Source: Haplodiscus bocki
Lineage: Eukaryota
Assembly: GCA_965655095.1 (NCBI GenBank)
Contig: OZ296649.1
Span: forward strand, 64,294,001 to 64,358,000
Direction: 5' to 3'
Length of the DNA: 64,000 nt
In this document: in pieces, positions 49,277 to 63,036 of the stretch
Position numbering within the stretch: position 1 is the stretch's first letter
How the letters are laid out: each line of letters begins with the position of its first letter
The notes under the pieces: model-generated
The model's database searches: none
Seen by the model: only the letters and a program-made list of their open reading frames with translations
Told to the model about the DNA's origin: nothing
Position numbers and translations under genes: made by a program

Positions 49277-51208
49277 TAGGGCAACCCACCTTGGCCCTTT
49301 ATTTTTTGCATATTTGGCCCACTCTTGGCCCTTTATTTTGCCCCAATTTGGCCCCATATTTGGCCCTTTATGAACCGAATTTACCTAAATTTGCCCTTAA
49401 AAAACTTTGTAACAATGCATAAATAGTCGATTAACAGTTGTTTTAAAGGTTATTACAGTATACACGAATATAAGCTTCTACATTCTTAGCATTGAAGTTG
49501 CGGTCTTTGGCAAGCAATTTTCCGATTTTGCTGAAGGATCGTTCAATTGACGCCGACGAGCCAACTGCGCCTCGTAGTTTTGCAGTCTTCTCAGGCGAAA
49601 GTCCGGTAGTGCATGATATAATATCCATCAGGTCTTGCATATTTTCGAGTCGATTCACTAGATATGTTCGAATGGGATCGTCGGATTGCAATTCGAGGAT
49701 GAAGTCACTAATTATTTGATGGCATGTAACAATTGAAACTTTGTCCCCTTCAATCTTTGTAATCAATTCAGGCAACTTCGCGTACTGCTGTAAAAGCACA
49801 AGACTTTGAGTTAAAGTTTCTGATGAAATAGCTTTTTTCGCATTTTTCACTATTAGGCCGTCACCATCCCAATTGAGAACTATGTTCTTAACTTCTTCAT
49901 AATTACGAGAGTAATATAGACCGGCGGTAATCCACGTGCCCCATCTGTTCAGAAGCGTTTTAATCAAATTACAAGAAGAGTCTTTTATCAAACTCTGAAA
50001 ACTATTTTTAATTTTTCATTCTGTAGTAAAACGCTTCTAAATTTTACCTAATGATGGACGGTTGAGGAGGTACTCCAAGTCCTGCATCAACGAATTCGTT
50101 TCGCCTTGAACGATTGTTAACGACAGCTGCTTTAACACTTGCAATTAGAAAATTAATATCTTCGAAAGTTGCTCGAACTTGCTCCGATACGTTGAGTAAA
50201 AGGTGAGCCAAACATGTTGTGTGTCGTAAATTCTGGTAAATAAGTTTCAAATTTTCGCCAGTCTTAAGCATGTAAGGTGCCGCATCTGACATTAAATGGA
50301 GAAAATTCTCACGTTTTATGCCCATCTCGCGCACAACACCGTCTATTAAATGAGTCATGGTAGTTGAATTGGCTTTCTCAATTTCCTTGCAAGCAACTAA
50401 GTAGGGTATCTCACCTACCTCTGCAACAGACTTATTGGCATATTTAGTGCCATCGATGGGCGACTCGTCACATGTAATTGTGACATCCTTATCTTTAATT
50501 AAACTCCGAATGGTATCAAGATTCTTCTCATGAATTGGTTGTACGGCTCTGCGAGCGGCAGATTCACTAGGATAATCAACGCGTAATTCGGTAAAAAGCT
50601 CTTTCAGAGCCGGGTGACGAAGTTTATGAAGGGGAATGTTCGCCCTAAGAAAAGCAGAAACGAATTTCGTTGTTGTGTTCGGAATAATAAAATTCACAAC
50701 TGGGGTCAACTGAAGTTGACCTATCTCCCTCTGGTGAACGTGTCCTGAGCGATGAATCTGAACTCTGGTTTTCTTTTCGCAACTAACTTTGGTTTTGCAT
50801 AGTTTGCAGTACAGAACAAACTCGCCTAGTAGTTTCCTTTTTTCGAATTCCCGCGGATACTTTGAGGTGAACGTATCAATTTTATCAGATGTGCACAATC
50901 CCTGGCGGCCCATGGTTTACAATTAGCAGTGCACAAGTCTGAAAATAAGTGGCTGTTCCAGTTTGTGTACAGTACGCTTTGCTCAGACTGTGTCAATTTG
51001 TGCAGAGTGAAGTGTTTACACAGAGCAGTGCAGTGGCAGGGTCAGCTACGGCTGCAATGCATTCGCAATGCATCCGTTTTTCTGAGAAATACCAGTGTTT
51101 AACTGATGCTGCTGTGAATTGGCCCTCTACATTTTTTCCACTTGGCCCCCTTTCTAAAATTTGGCCCATTTGGCCCCAATGGCCCATTTGGCCCTTTGGG
51201 TTGCCCTA
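49277..51208 (-). mobile_element. Intact hAT DNA transposon (CGGBP1/DUF659-like), 1932 bp
   Basis: 12-bp TIR TAGGGCAACCCA, perfect 8-bp TSD CTTATCGA (49269-49276, 51209-51216) and subterminal TTGGCCC repeats. Confidence 0.97.
49443..50913 (-). CDS. hAT transposase, two exons (50913-50048, 49944-49443), 455 aa
   Basis: Removing a 103-bp GT-AG intron (50047-49945) restores IIR|WGTW in frame. Motifs: C2H2 finger CKLC...H...H, ANIPLHKL, CDES, SDAAPYM, CLAH, IERSFS. Confidence 0.92.
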
Positions 51209-51499
51209 CTTATCGAACATCACCCACACTTCAGCAAATTTAGCAAACTTAACAGGCAAAAAATTCATGACAAGGTGGCTTTGAAACGTTTAGGATACTT
51301 CTGGTATCTTTGAGTTTGTTTTGCAATTAAAGTTGAGTTGAAATTAAAGTTAGTTATGGATCCTTTGTAATATCCAAGCCGGACGGACTCGATATTCTAG
51401 TGACATACTTTTTGATTTTTTTCAGACATCTAAAATCGATGAATTGTAATGCCTAATTGTAACTTGAAGTGAAGCTGCAATCAATTTGTGAAGTTAACT

Positions 51500-52250
51500 G
51501 CCTTTAACAAATTGTCCACTGCCTTTAACCTCACTCAATCACATATATTCAGTTACATGAATGTACTACGCATGTTTAATCGCCAATCGATTTTCCGCCG
51601 TCAAAGTCAAAATTGCCAAATTACAAAGTTGTGATTTTCAGCAATCTCCATTAAGCGCCACTCGATTATCTGCCATAAACTTCAAAATTGTAAAGTTGTA
51701 AAACTGTCACTTTTCAATACGTAACTGCAGTAGATTTTATTATACCCAAGGTGAATTTGACAAGCCAGTAGCAGGAATGCAGGAATGTCACTACGAGACG
51801 AAATTTTTGACGTAGACTTGGGGGCATCATGGAAAGTTTCCTTATTACCATTCTCATAAATTTTAAACATAAAAAGTGATCGCTTAGTTTGTGGGAATTT
51901 TTTTTGGAGAATTTGCAGTTTTTGCAAAGGGATATCACGAGTGTTTCAGGTCTATATCTCGCCTACAAATTTTGGTATGCGGAAAGAGGGCTGCCAGGGA
52001 AAATTTTCGGTTACAAATTTAGTCTCTTTATTCTAAGAATTTCCGGATGGGACAATCGTTTTCTGCCAATTTACCTAAATAAGCGATCCTCTATTTATTT
52101 TATGTAAGCTACTGTCGAGTTGCTAATGGTTTATTTCGTCGTCGTTTGATTTTTTGGCTGTTAAGTCGTTCAAATTTCCTGAATGTTTTCAAAAAACTTC
52201 ATCTGTCAGTGCATCTGAAGTTGATTTAACGTTCTTTTTTGACTCTGGTA
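51500..52250 (-). pseudogene. Possible highly degenerate LINE RT fragment
   Basis: Weak RT-like fragments in the expected order (GRKRLS, PGSPL, LFAKT, HLG). Confidence 0.3.
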
Positions 52251-52303
52251 AGTTCTTAGCGCTAATTTTTGAATTTTTATCTATAGTTCATGGAGACTAT
52301 TTC

Positions 52304-52690
52304 TAGTATTCGGCGGTTCGAGAAAATCTTTTCGGTTCGGTTCGGTTTCTGCAAAAATCGGTTCGGTTCAATTTCAGGATTTGGAACGAAAATTTTTATC
52401 CTAGCAGAACTTTTTTCCTTGTAGCGAGCGTTCCCCTACAGCCTGTGCCTTTCCAAAGTGAGATTGCTTCGGTGTCAAGCATCATTTTTTTTCTACGAGG
52501 TTAACTCCCATTCTTCTTCAACGGCTGTGAGTAATTTTCACTGGGTGATTGGGATTAGTCTCTAAAAATTAGCCAAATCGACTATCGTGGCTTCACCTAT
52601 TATAAACTGAAATTGTCGGTTTTGATTCTGAACGTCGGTTCGGTCCGGTTTTTGATTTATCGGTTTGGTTCGGTTAACCGCCGAACACTA
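52304..52690. mobile_element. hAT-type MITE
   Basis: TIR TAGT(A/G)TTCGGCGGTT, flanks ACTATTTC / GCTATTTT (8-bp TSD, 6/8 match) and subterminal GGTTC repeats. Confidence 0.8.
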
Positions 52691-55600
52691 GCTATTTTGC
52701 AGATGGTTGAAAAAATCAATGGCTTTTCAAGTCACTCGCTTCGATGTTCGAGCCCCGCCAATAGCCTATGTTCAACTTTGCGTTTTTTTTTGTGAAAAAG
52801 AACATAATTTTTTTCTGTGGTCTTTCTATTCACCGTTGGGGGGCTGTCAACAAAGAAAATTGCAGTGTCTCTGCTCTTGAATAATTTCAGATCAACAAAT
52901 TATCTCCAGTAAATGCTTTATTGGATGGAACGTTTCGTCTATCGCAATAGAGAGTTTTACCTCATTGGGGACAACTCGTTTAGTTGGCGCTTTTTGTCAG
53001 GGAAAAAGTCTGTCGCAGTGATGCTTTCTCAAGACCCTTCATCGACAAAATTCCAAAACCAACAAGTCCTCTATGGCATCCCTGCCTTCATAGGCGGAAG
53101 ATAAGCTAGGAAGAACTCAAAACTTGTACCTGTAAAGCGATAAAATTTTAGGAGCCTAAACTACCGAAAACTTCCCGCAATAATCCCTCTCTTGCATCTG
53201 CCCAAAATTGGCTTCTCCTGTGATAAATAACTCTGAGCTTTCAACGACTTGTGATTTGTTTGAGCTGGCAACGCCAGCTCATCAGGATTGACGTATCCTT
53301 TTTAATCGGTGCTTTAGTTATAACTAAAAAGTGAAAAACACGTGTATACGATTCTTCTTTTAACAAATTTGTTTACGTCTTTAATACTCGCATTCAGCAG
53401 ATTTTTAGAAATGACCTCAAACCAGCATCTCAGCATCCATGGTAAATGAGAAAACGCCAATTTTTCTGCAGAATGTTAAATAGCTGACTTAAATTATTCT
53501 CCTCATACCTTCTTGCTCAGTTTTAAAGATTCAATAAAATTTTTCTAACGCAACAAACATATATGGTACTAAATTTTACGAGTAAAAAAAACATGACTAT
53601 ACTAAATTTTTCGTCAGAAGCGCCAATATATCCCCAAAAAAGCGTCGCCACTTGGCGCATAATTTGATCCATACGGGACTGTTCCCGGCTTGTTATATCT
53701 GACCCTTGCCAATTTGCAATAATTGATCATTTGCTGGTTTCTCTAACAGTGTAGGGAGATTTTGCTGGTAGAGATTTTAAAAAATCAAACAAGAGGCGCA
53801 ACCGTTCCGTGTCGAAGGGGAGCAGAAATGATTGATCGAACATACGACAATTGACTTCTACAAAAAACTTTTTCGACGACAGTTCTCGATGGAGGCCTTG
53901 AAAATCCAGGCCTGTATTTTAGGAGAATTGTGAGCTTGAAAGTCGACAAAACAACGATATTGAAAGAACTCTTTCGCATTTCCACCTATGAGGATTCCAA
54001 TCTAAGGGAAAAAATGAGATAGTTCAAAATATGAGTCATCGAAAACTATAACACCATCAAGTCAGACATTGACGGAAGAATTCAAAGCTGCAGATTTTGC
54101 GAAGGATGAGTTGGAATATCGAGATATGTGTAAACTAGTAGTACTTTTGGCCTATCAGAATTTCTATTCCAATGTAGGTAACAAGTTTCATGATTTTCAA
54201 GAACAATGTCTTTTGGAAGAAAAAAACTATCGCTTGACACCTTGATAGAAAAGTGCAGCTGGTAGAGGTGAAGAGATGTCAGTTTGAAAATCAAGGTATG
54301 TAAAGACTAAAAGCACTTTATGGCATTTCTGGTCCATCAGGACTCCACTGCATGGAAGCAAACCAAATTAAATATTCCATCACAAGTGAAAAAATTTAGA
54401 TTGACCCCTTGAAGGAAAAATTCAAGTCAGTAGTTATGGAGAAACACGGGTTTGAAAATCAAGTTGAGTCCATAATAATTTTTTGGCCTCTCAGTACTAT
54501 CAAACTTTCAACTGAAAGAATGGAATCGATAGATTCGCATCTGATCCTTCTTCGAAAAAGCAGAAACCTTTGCATTGCGATCTCGGTGGACGAATCTAGC
54601 CTGTAGTTAGGGAGAAGTATGAGTTTGATTATAGAGATTTATCAATATTGATAGCACTTTTTGGCATTCTCGGACCAACATGATTCCGATGCAAGGGACA
54701 TTTTTAGGCCAAAGTTATTTCATAACTCAAACACTGTCGATGGAGAACTTGATCTGAGAGATCAAGCCAGTAGTTACGGAGAGATGAGAGTTAAAAAATT
54801 GAGATTTGTCTAAATTATAGGCATATTTTCGCGTTTCCGGTATATCAAAATTCTGATAGCAGGAACATATTCAATGATTTCGATTACTGCTCTTAATCTC
54901 AAAAGTTTTCGATTGAGACATTGCTAGATTAATTTAAGCCCGTGGTCTCGGAGAAATTTGTGTTCGATTATCGAGATATATCATTTATAATAATTTCACT
55001 TCTAAAATTCTGACTATCGGAATTCTGATACGAGAGCAAAATCAAAGATTTATCAATCGGTTGCTCCTCTACAAATAGAAAGCTTTCTATTGAGATCTAG
55101 ATGATTGAATTGAAGCCTGTATTTTTTGGGGAAAAGATGGTTTCAAAATCAGGGAAATTCAATACTAATTGCGCTTTTTGGCATTCCCTCAAGGTGGAGT
55201 TCGCAGAACGATATATTCTAGCAGAAAAATTTTCGATGAAATGATTTTTTTTTGACCACGGAGAAACTAGGAGAGTGACGAAAACTGATACCAAAAAGCT
55301 GAAAAATTGCAATTGCGTTTATAATTTTTTAAAATTTGCATACATTTTTTTGTTTTAAATCAAACATCTTTCCCGAATCTTTTTTGAAAAAACTGAAAAT
55401 ACGCTTCGTTTCAGTTACGTCGGTAAACGGATACTTCTTGAAAAAAATTGATTCCACTTATCAACGAAACCGTTACTTTTATCCAATGTTTGTTGCTATT
55501 AAAAGATGAGAATGTGTTAACGAGTATCTGAAAACTTGTAAAAGTTTTGGTCGGTAGAGGAATTCGAAAGCGACCTCTGGCTTCCTAACCTAGGTAAAAC

Positions 55601-56399
55601 CCTACAAGTATTTATTATACTAGCCACCCGCGATTCTGCTCTGCAACACATGAAGTCTGTGCGTCATGGGCAGTTTCAGGAAAAGGAGAAACCCCAATTA
55701 CTGAATTGAAAATTTTCCTCGCCAAAAATTTTTCCAATGGACTAATAACTCTTTTGTACCCTCTTCCTAAGGTTGAAACTGAAGCACAAAAATCAAGTAA
55801 AAGATCCGATTATTTCAATGGAGTCGGTATTTTACCTGAGTTTTGAAATTGAGACTCGATTTTTTGATTAGCTGTGGATCGGATTGCAATCATCGTTGAA
55901 GTTGAGCTCCTCATTGCTGAAAAAATTTGCTGAAAGTCCGAAAATATGCGGAAGTTTTTCACCTCGAATTCTGGATGATTCTTCTCAGCAATTAAAGTTG
56001 TCCATTGTTTCTTGGACATAGTTGATCGGATAAATGTTCAATCGTAGCTCATTGTGTTGCCAGCTTGGCGAAGGTCTACTCCGCCTCTGTGTTTGACTAG
56101 GGCAAGCCAGTGCTATGCTATCAGTCGTACTTTCTCTTCATGAAGTGAAACTAAGATTATTAGTCCCAATCGATTATGCCTTTTTTTCTTCCCTCATCGC
56201 TAACGCGCCGTGATTGAGCGAAGCTGAGCGATACTGAAGCACTTCTTGCTCACTCTCATTCGATTTTGTTTACGCTTTCGGCTCAAGCGAGAGCGGATGC
56301 CAATCTTCCCTATCTACTCTTTGGCTTTCAAGTATTTATGATAATTGATATTCTCAAATATTAAATTTCTCATTTTTGTCAATTGAGTTCATGTCTTCT

Positions 56400-59300
56400 C
56401 CTTTCTTTTCAAAATAGTGGCCATTAATCGAAAAATTATTGATTCTCAAAACGTCGAAAAACCGCGCAATGTTCAAAACGGGGAAAACTTTGACGCTTTG
56501 AATGTTCGACAAAATGGGAGTTTATGTTAAATTCTTGCAAATTATATTTTTCCGGATCGTGATAAATCAATTTTTCAATTCTTTGATTCCTTAGCGCGTA
56601 ATGACCAGCTGCGTTTATGCCTGTCTTTCGAAAGTCGGGAACTCGCAATTGCTGCCATTTCTGAATGTGACTGCGCGCTACTTGATTTTCACTCATTTCT
56701 GGCGGCGAAATTTGAACCCAGTTTTTTTTTACGTAAACCTTTATTTTATGCTGTAGAATTTCATACAGAGACAAATTCTCCTAGGTACTCCTAGGCAATT
56801 TTTTTGTGCATAATGCTGTTTCCTGCAAAAATTCTTTGAATCATCTAAATGATCAGCATTTTTGAGTTTACATTCATCATCCAATTTCAATTTTAAAATT
56901 AAATCGGAGTGTTTTCTGGGTTGTCCTTGCCATTTCAAAAATCAAATTATTTTACGAATATAACTTTTTTAGTTTCCAATTTTTGAGGTGAAAAGAGCCA
57001 AGTGGAGGAGGGAAGTTTCGAAAAATCCTCGGCAAATATCTCTTTACTTGTCTGACTTTTGCATAAACGTTACGAAAGTAGTCTTAATCTACCAAATATT
57101 TTCATGAGCGAGCTGGTGAACCGAAGCGTTACGGACGACTTTCGTTTTTCCCTTTCATCTTCAGCTCGCATTCACTGTTTAATTGACCAGTGTACGGAGT
57201 TTGTTGCAAAAATTTGTTGCGTGGTTTATTTTCCAGCGTACTTTCTAACCTGCAAGGCACATTCTAAGCTGGTGCGGGAACGAACTAACTACGGAAAATA
57301 CTGAGAAATATAATTTTAATTTTTTGAAATTTAAAAAAATAGTGTTAATTTCTTCACAAATCGTTTGTCCCTTTTTTGGTCGAATTGCTCCTTTTTCAAC
57401 GCTAATGCTACTAATCACCAGCTTGAAGCTCTGCGGAGCAGCGGGCTTGATCTGTTGTTTATTTTCATTGAGAATTTTTTCTGTTATATTGGATCATTAG
57501 TTAATGTTTTTTGCGTCTTGTTTGAAGCCATTTTCTTTAAAGGCTGACAACCGGAATGCGACCATCTAAGGTTTATTTGACTAATCGTCGCCTAGAGCAT
57601 CAGGGACGTAACAGGCACGGTTTATCCACTTTTATCAAAAAATTGGATTTTGGTTGAAAAATCAATTGGAGATTTTCTGTGCGCCGCTCATCAAATGTCA
57701 TTTTTCCAGACTAACTGTCTGTTGGTGCGCATCTTTGTCGATTGACCGCCGCCCAGAGCATCCACAATGTAGAAAGGATGGTCTTTCTGTTATTTACAAA
57801 GGATGGTCTTTTTGTTCTTTTTTGAAGATTTATGTTGGAATTGTTCGGTCGCAGGACTCCTCAATTCGATCGTTCCTTACAGGTAGTTTTCGTGAAGACC
57901 AGTGGCGCGATGTTGTTCATAGAGAACTCATTCGACCTCTCCGTGCCCAGAGGATCTGTGCAGTAATAGAGATTGTCAATTTCGTTTTGGAAAAATCCTG
58001 ACCGGTAATCGGAGAATAAAAGTTGATCTTTTTGCATCGTTCTTTAAAAATGGTTGTTTCTGAATACTTTTGATCCAATTGCGTGAAGCTGGCGCTAGTT
58101 TGAACATAATTCAAATGTAGGCTATGTTTTAGTTGTGCTATGCAGCAAGGGATGTTTTAACTTTTTCCCCCCAAGTTATCCTCACTTGTATACAGAAAGT
58201 CAGCGAGGTTTTCACTTGCAACTTTGTTCAATTGTGTTTTCCTCGAGGGCAACAACTCGAATTACAATCATCAGAATCAAACGCTATGGTTGCCTAGAGA
58301 TCCAAAAAGAATCTTGGATTTTTTTCGTCCATTTATTTTGAGATGTTTTGTAAAGTCAAAATGGTTTCAACCTGCACCTTCCGTAAAAAATGATTTTTTT
58401 TTGTGGAATATCGGTCTTAATCAGTGAATAAATAGAAGCTCTGGTTACCAACAGAAGCAGTTTTTTCTTGCTTTACTAGGCAACTGTTTCAGAGTTCAAT
58501 ATTCTGCGTCTTGAGGTTTTGGATTTCAAAATTCAATGTTTTGAATTATGTTACGTTGTTCTTCAATATTGCTCTCAAAACTCCTTGGTCAGATGCACAG
58601 CCTTGAGCTTAGATCAGTGCAGCCATGAAAGTTTTGATGAGTTTCTGGGTATCTTCTGTCCTACTTTGAATAAACAGCAATTGGAATTTCAAAATTTGTT
58701 GCGTTTGGTTTTTTGGTTCAACCACTACCCGTATGATAGTTTAGTGCAGGTCTGCTGGAAGTCGGTTATTTCTCGCGAAGGTTGCAATGCTTCGCTTGGC
58801 ATCTGTGTTAAAATTGTGACAGCAGTTGTGTCAAGCATGGATACGGTGGTACCTTCTTTCTACCGTGGACACTGCTATCAAGTTGCACGATACCCTTCGC
58901 ATTAAACTGCGCTCTTCGCTGAAGTTTGCCTTCATCTCTTTGCTTGAGAGGTTTCACATCCTATGTGACTGGTTGACAATCTATCATATGCCAAACTTTC
59001 GGTTTCAATTTTTTTTATTGTAATAGATGCGTATAACTGAACTTTTGAGTTCTTTTCTAGGGCAGCTGCCATATTTTTAGCCTTTTGATTCCATGCGCTC
59101 CAGATACACTAGGTGAGTACTGGAAGGGAGGACCAATTGTGTTAACAGAGACTTCAAATAGCATAGAAATTCTTGCAGAGAAGAAGATATGTTCCGTTTC
59201 ATACCTCTCTGGCGAAATATCTTGAATTGTAATGTGAAATTCGAGTTCTTGACTTTCATCCTTCTTGAAAGTTATTTTTCTCAAATACTGCCGTTGGGAT
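56400..59300 (-). pseudogene. Very degenerate Ty3/Gypsy pol remnant
   Basis: Minus-strand fragments in RT-RNase H order: DIPQKKSFFT, IAFDSDD, INFYSPITGQDFSK, KDHPFYIVDA, VPDAL. Confidence 0.4.
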
Positions 59301-60366
59301 TGCGGGCATCAGTGCTCTTTTCAAAAGTCGACTTTTGAACGGCCCTATGGAAAGTTTGCGTGGATGCAGAGATGTTCTGTATCAAACTTTTGACGGGAAT
59401 TATTTTGACTTGCAGTTTTAAATTGGATTTATTTTGTTTGCGGCTTTCCAGAGTTGTAGTTCTCGGACGTTACCGGTTTTCCCGAGGGATCTCTTTATTT
59501 GTAATTTGAAATAAGAAATTTACTGGAGTTTTTCTCAAACTTGTTCCTTCGGAGACTACCGGTTGAATTGAAAAAAAATTGGAGTAATCATTCAAAAGCC
59601 TGCTTTATGAAGAAAATGCGGAGTAGCAGAGATGTACCGTTTTGTACTTTTCTATAGATGACTTGACTTGTAGTTCAATTTTTGCATGTTGATTTTCGAG
59701 ACTACTGGTTGTGCTTGTTATCATCCAATGCATTACCTGGATCTTCAGAAGTGTGATTGCTATTGATAAGTCGCAGTTTCCGTACCTTTTTCTTCAGTGG
59801 AAAAACGTTTTTCTCTAAATTTTGCTATAATGAGCTCGTAAGAATCAAGTGACCAGCTCCGTGCGATGAGCTATTCTTCAATGACACTCCTCACTTTCGT
59901 CGCAAGTGTAGCCGAGGTAGCTGTTCCCCTGTAATTTTTTCTCCCACTGCGACTTTTTTGGCAATAGAATTTTGAAATTCCAGCCGTTTTCATTTACTAT
60001 ATTACGAAACGAAAATCAATCTCAGTATGTATACTTTTTTTCCGTTCGTCTGCCCGTTATTTGTGAACATGATCACGTTTCCAAATATTTCTTTCGAAAA
60101 ACCAAGATGTTCCTCTGGACAGGTAGAATGCTGTTTTGACAACCCTGTCAAAAATTTTCCGCCCAAATTATGAAAAAATTCATGTCCTTTCAAAAAAGTT
60201 TTTTTTCCCAAAATGTTTCCCCGGACATGTAGAATGCAGTTGGCTACCCTGCCGATTTTTTTTGCTCAAAGCCCTGATAAAATTCTAAGTTCTCAAGATA
60301 TTCACAAAAATTTCTCAATATGTCTCTCTAAAAATCAGGATTTTGTCTGAAATTGTACTAACTGAA

Positions 60367-61150
60367 CTAAGAGCCAGCCTCCTCGCACACTAGGGGATAC
60401 CTGTTTTTATTGAAATTTTCAGCAATATCATGTTGGGTCATTTCTGACCCACCCTCGACCGAAAATATTGCAACGCTGCTGCGCCTCTTGTTAACTTTTC
60501 TTAGAACCAATGTTAAATTCTTACCTTCAACCTGGGAACTGTGTCTTGAGTGGTTCCAAGTTTTTGTCGGAGACATCATTGCAACGAGATTTAGAAGAAT
60601 AGTATACAACATATACTAATGCCAACGTTCAAGTTCTGGAAGTTTCGGATTTTTGCATAAAACTTTCTGAGATATCATTGCAACGAGATTTAGAAGAATA
60701 GTATACAACATATACTAATGCCAACGTTCAAGTTCTGGAAGTTTCGGATTTTTGCATAAAACTTTTGCCATCTTTTCTATAGTATCGAGTGTCATAGAAG
60801 TCTTGCAAGTTTGCGTTTTTGAGGTTTTTCATTTTGGCCTTCCAAGTCAACTTCTCAGCTCCAAATTTATCATAAATCAATACAAATACAGCAATTGTCT
60901 AAAAGTCCACATTTCTGCAAAGAAGTGCTGCTTTTGCTGTTCTCAAGTAGACCGAAAACTTGTCAGTTTCGTTTTTCCTGCAGTTTTTGTTTTGTCTTGC
61001 AATTCGGTATTATCTACGGAGTGATTTTAACTTGATGCAGAAAAACCATGTCCAGTATAAACTAATACCAGTTTGGATATAAGCAACTTTACAATTTTTT
61101 ACATGAAGCGGTCTTTTGTGGTGTGTTTAGGTGGAGACATTATAGTAATT
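60367..61150 (-). pseudogene. Possible LINE ORF1/endonuclease remnant
   Basis: LVAMMSPTKTW...VEG...RKVNKRRSSVAIF resembles the APE pattern IxxSETW...RxxKRGGGVAIF. Confidence 0.4.
60570..60765 (+). repeat. 99-bp tandem duplication
   Basis: ATCATTGCAACGAG...GCATAAAACTTT occurs twice, nearly identically. Confidence 0.95.
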
Positions 61151-61812
61151 TTGCCTTTTTTCGATTTTTTTTGGCACATCCCCCTTTCGTGTTAACTTCT
61201 TTGCTGCAAATTAAATGTTTTTTCTCGTTCTTTCAAATCATTTTTTCAATTCCAAATCTTCTAACTTAATACGGAAATCTTCGTTAGACTGATGTTTGCG
61301 TTCCATTTTCTAATGTGAAATTGCCGAACAGATCTTGGTACATTCTTTACAAAATTTTCAGAACATCTTTTCTCAATAAACGCCGTTCGTTTTCGTTGAG
61401 AAATCTAATTAAAAGCTACTATCTTTGAATACAATTTTGTCGGACAACTTTTAAGTGATTAATTGCCATTTTTCACAGGATACATTCAGAATTCAAAGAG
61501 GTTGCATAAAAATACTGATTTTGAAGCCACGTTTCTCGGTTGTGTGCAGAGGGCTTGCATTTGTGCGTATTTAACTTTTTACCTGAAGCATTCCAACTGT
61601 GCGCTAGTGTTTGGGAAGCTCAGATTTGCCTCTTTCATTTTATGGCGTGACCGGGGAGATTTTCGAATGTAATCTTTTCATAGTGATATTTCTGTTCTCA
61701 GATCCAAATCTAGTTTGTTTTGCTTTCGCTCCTCTAGTTTTGAACTGACCGGTAACCTAAAATTGATAGAGTTTCAGCATTAACGCTTCTTGATTGTTGT
61801 TTTTTGTTTCAG

Positions 61813-61972
61813 TCTGCATGGTGCACGCAGCGTATCGCAAGTTGAACGTGGCAACACAGATATCGTCTTTCCGATCTCAGCTAGAAAGGTCGCCCATGTA
61901 TACTCTTCTAGCCACCCTAGATTCTGGTCTAGATGCAATCATTTTGCCCCCAGTCGAGCCCCGAGAGTCCAG
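61813..61972 (+). CDS. Candidate isolated host-gene internal exon (160 bp)
   Basis: T-rich tract plus TTTCAG acceptor, CAG|GTGACT donor, higher GC than flanks, and an open frame CMVHAAYRKLNVATQISSFRSQLERSPMYTLLATLDSGLDAIILPPVEPRES. Confidence 0.45.
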
Positions 61973-63036
61973 GTGACTAAGCGTGGAATAGTGGAGAGGT
62001 GATAGATCGTTACAGAAATTACATATTGACTGAATTTGCGGAACCGACAGACAGTGGTGTACATTTGAAGGATCGTTTAAAGTTGAAATGATCATATAAA
62101 TTTCAATTAGTTTTTACGCGAGTAATTTAAACTATTTTCATTTGAATGATTGTTTACTTTGAAAAGTCTCAATATTTCGGATTTTTGGTCTTATTAAACA
62201 GCGAATCAAAGCTAGACAAAAACTCTCCGATCTGAAAAGTTGATACTGCTGATTAACATCTGTTTTTCGGATGTATTCAAAAAAATGCTTATTCAATCGT
62301 TGTCTAGTCAGATCAACTTCTCAATTTTTGGCCAATTTTATGCTTGTGGGAAAAAATTTAAAGGAATACTTTAAATTTCTTCATTTCCTTTAAATCGGAA
62401 AAAGAGCTTAAAAAATAAATGTACATCACTAGCGACAGACATCTTCGCAAGAAAACTCGAGGAATCCTCTTCACTCTCAAACATTCTGTGTAAATTTACA
62501 CCACCGAGTTGTATACTTTAAATTCTGTTCTGAAGATTTTGGTTGAACATCTTTATCCATAGATCTGGTGGATGATATAGCCATCTTGGATGTTGCATAG
62601 AGGTTAATCTGGTTCCATTTTTATAAAACTATGTTTCGTTGTTTTATCTATTTGAACGTGTATGCAATTTTAAAATGACATTAATGAGCTGCAATTGACT
62701 AATTTCACCTGATTGAGTAGTATTTTGTGCCAAATGTTCGATCATTTTATTTTTTGCTATTTTTCTTTTGAAAAAAGGTAAATGCCGATAATAAAAGCAA
62801 GTAGCTCAAGTGGAGTGATCATAGTGTCGACTCCCTAGTTGACCTTGCAGTGACAGTTTGTATGTTGCTTCCATGCATGCTGTCAAACTTTATGAAAACA
62901 GAATTTTCAGGGATCTTGCATGGAAGTTTCTGATAGAAGATTCACGTCACATACAAAATCTTGCAAGAATTTTCCTCAAATAAAGAAAATTCTTTCAAAA
63001 CTTTTATTCAAAAGTTGGACCTGACATCACAAACTT

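Noticed and set aside
55810-56100. THAP-like domain (KKQW...FRIFSDF)
   Set aside because: The zinc-ligating Cys and His residues are absent.
61850-61915. DEG/ENaC-like EEYTWATFLAEIG on the minus strand
   Set aside because: There is an in-frame stop just upstream and no GG-LGL continuation, and splice signals favour the plus strand.
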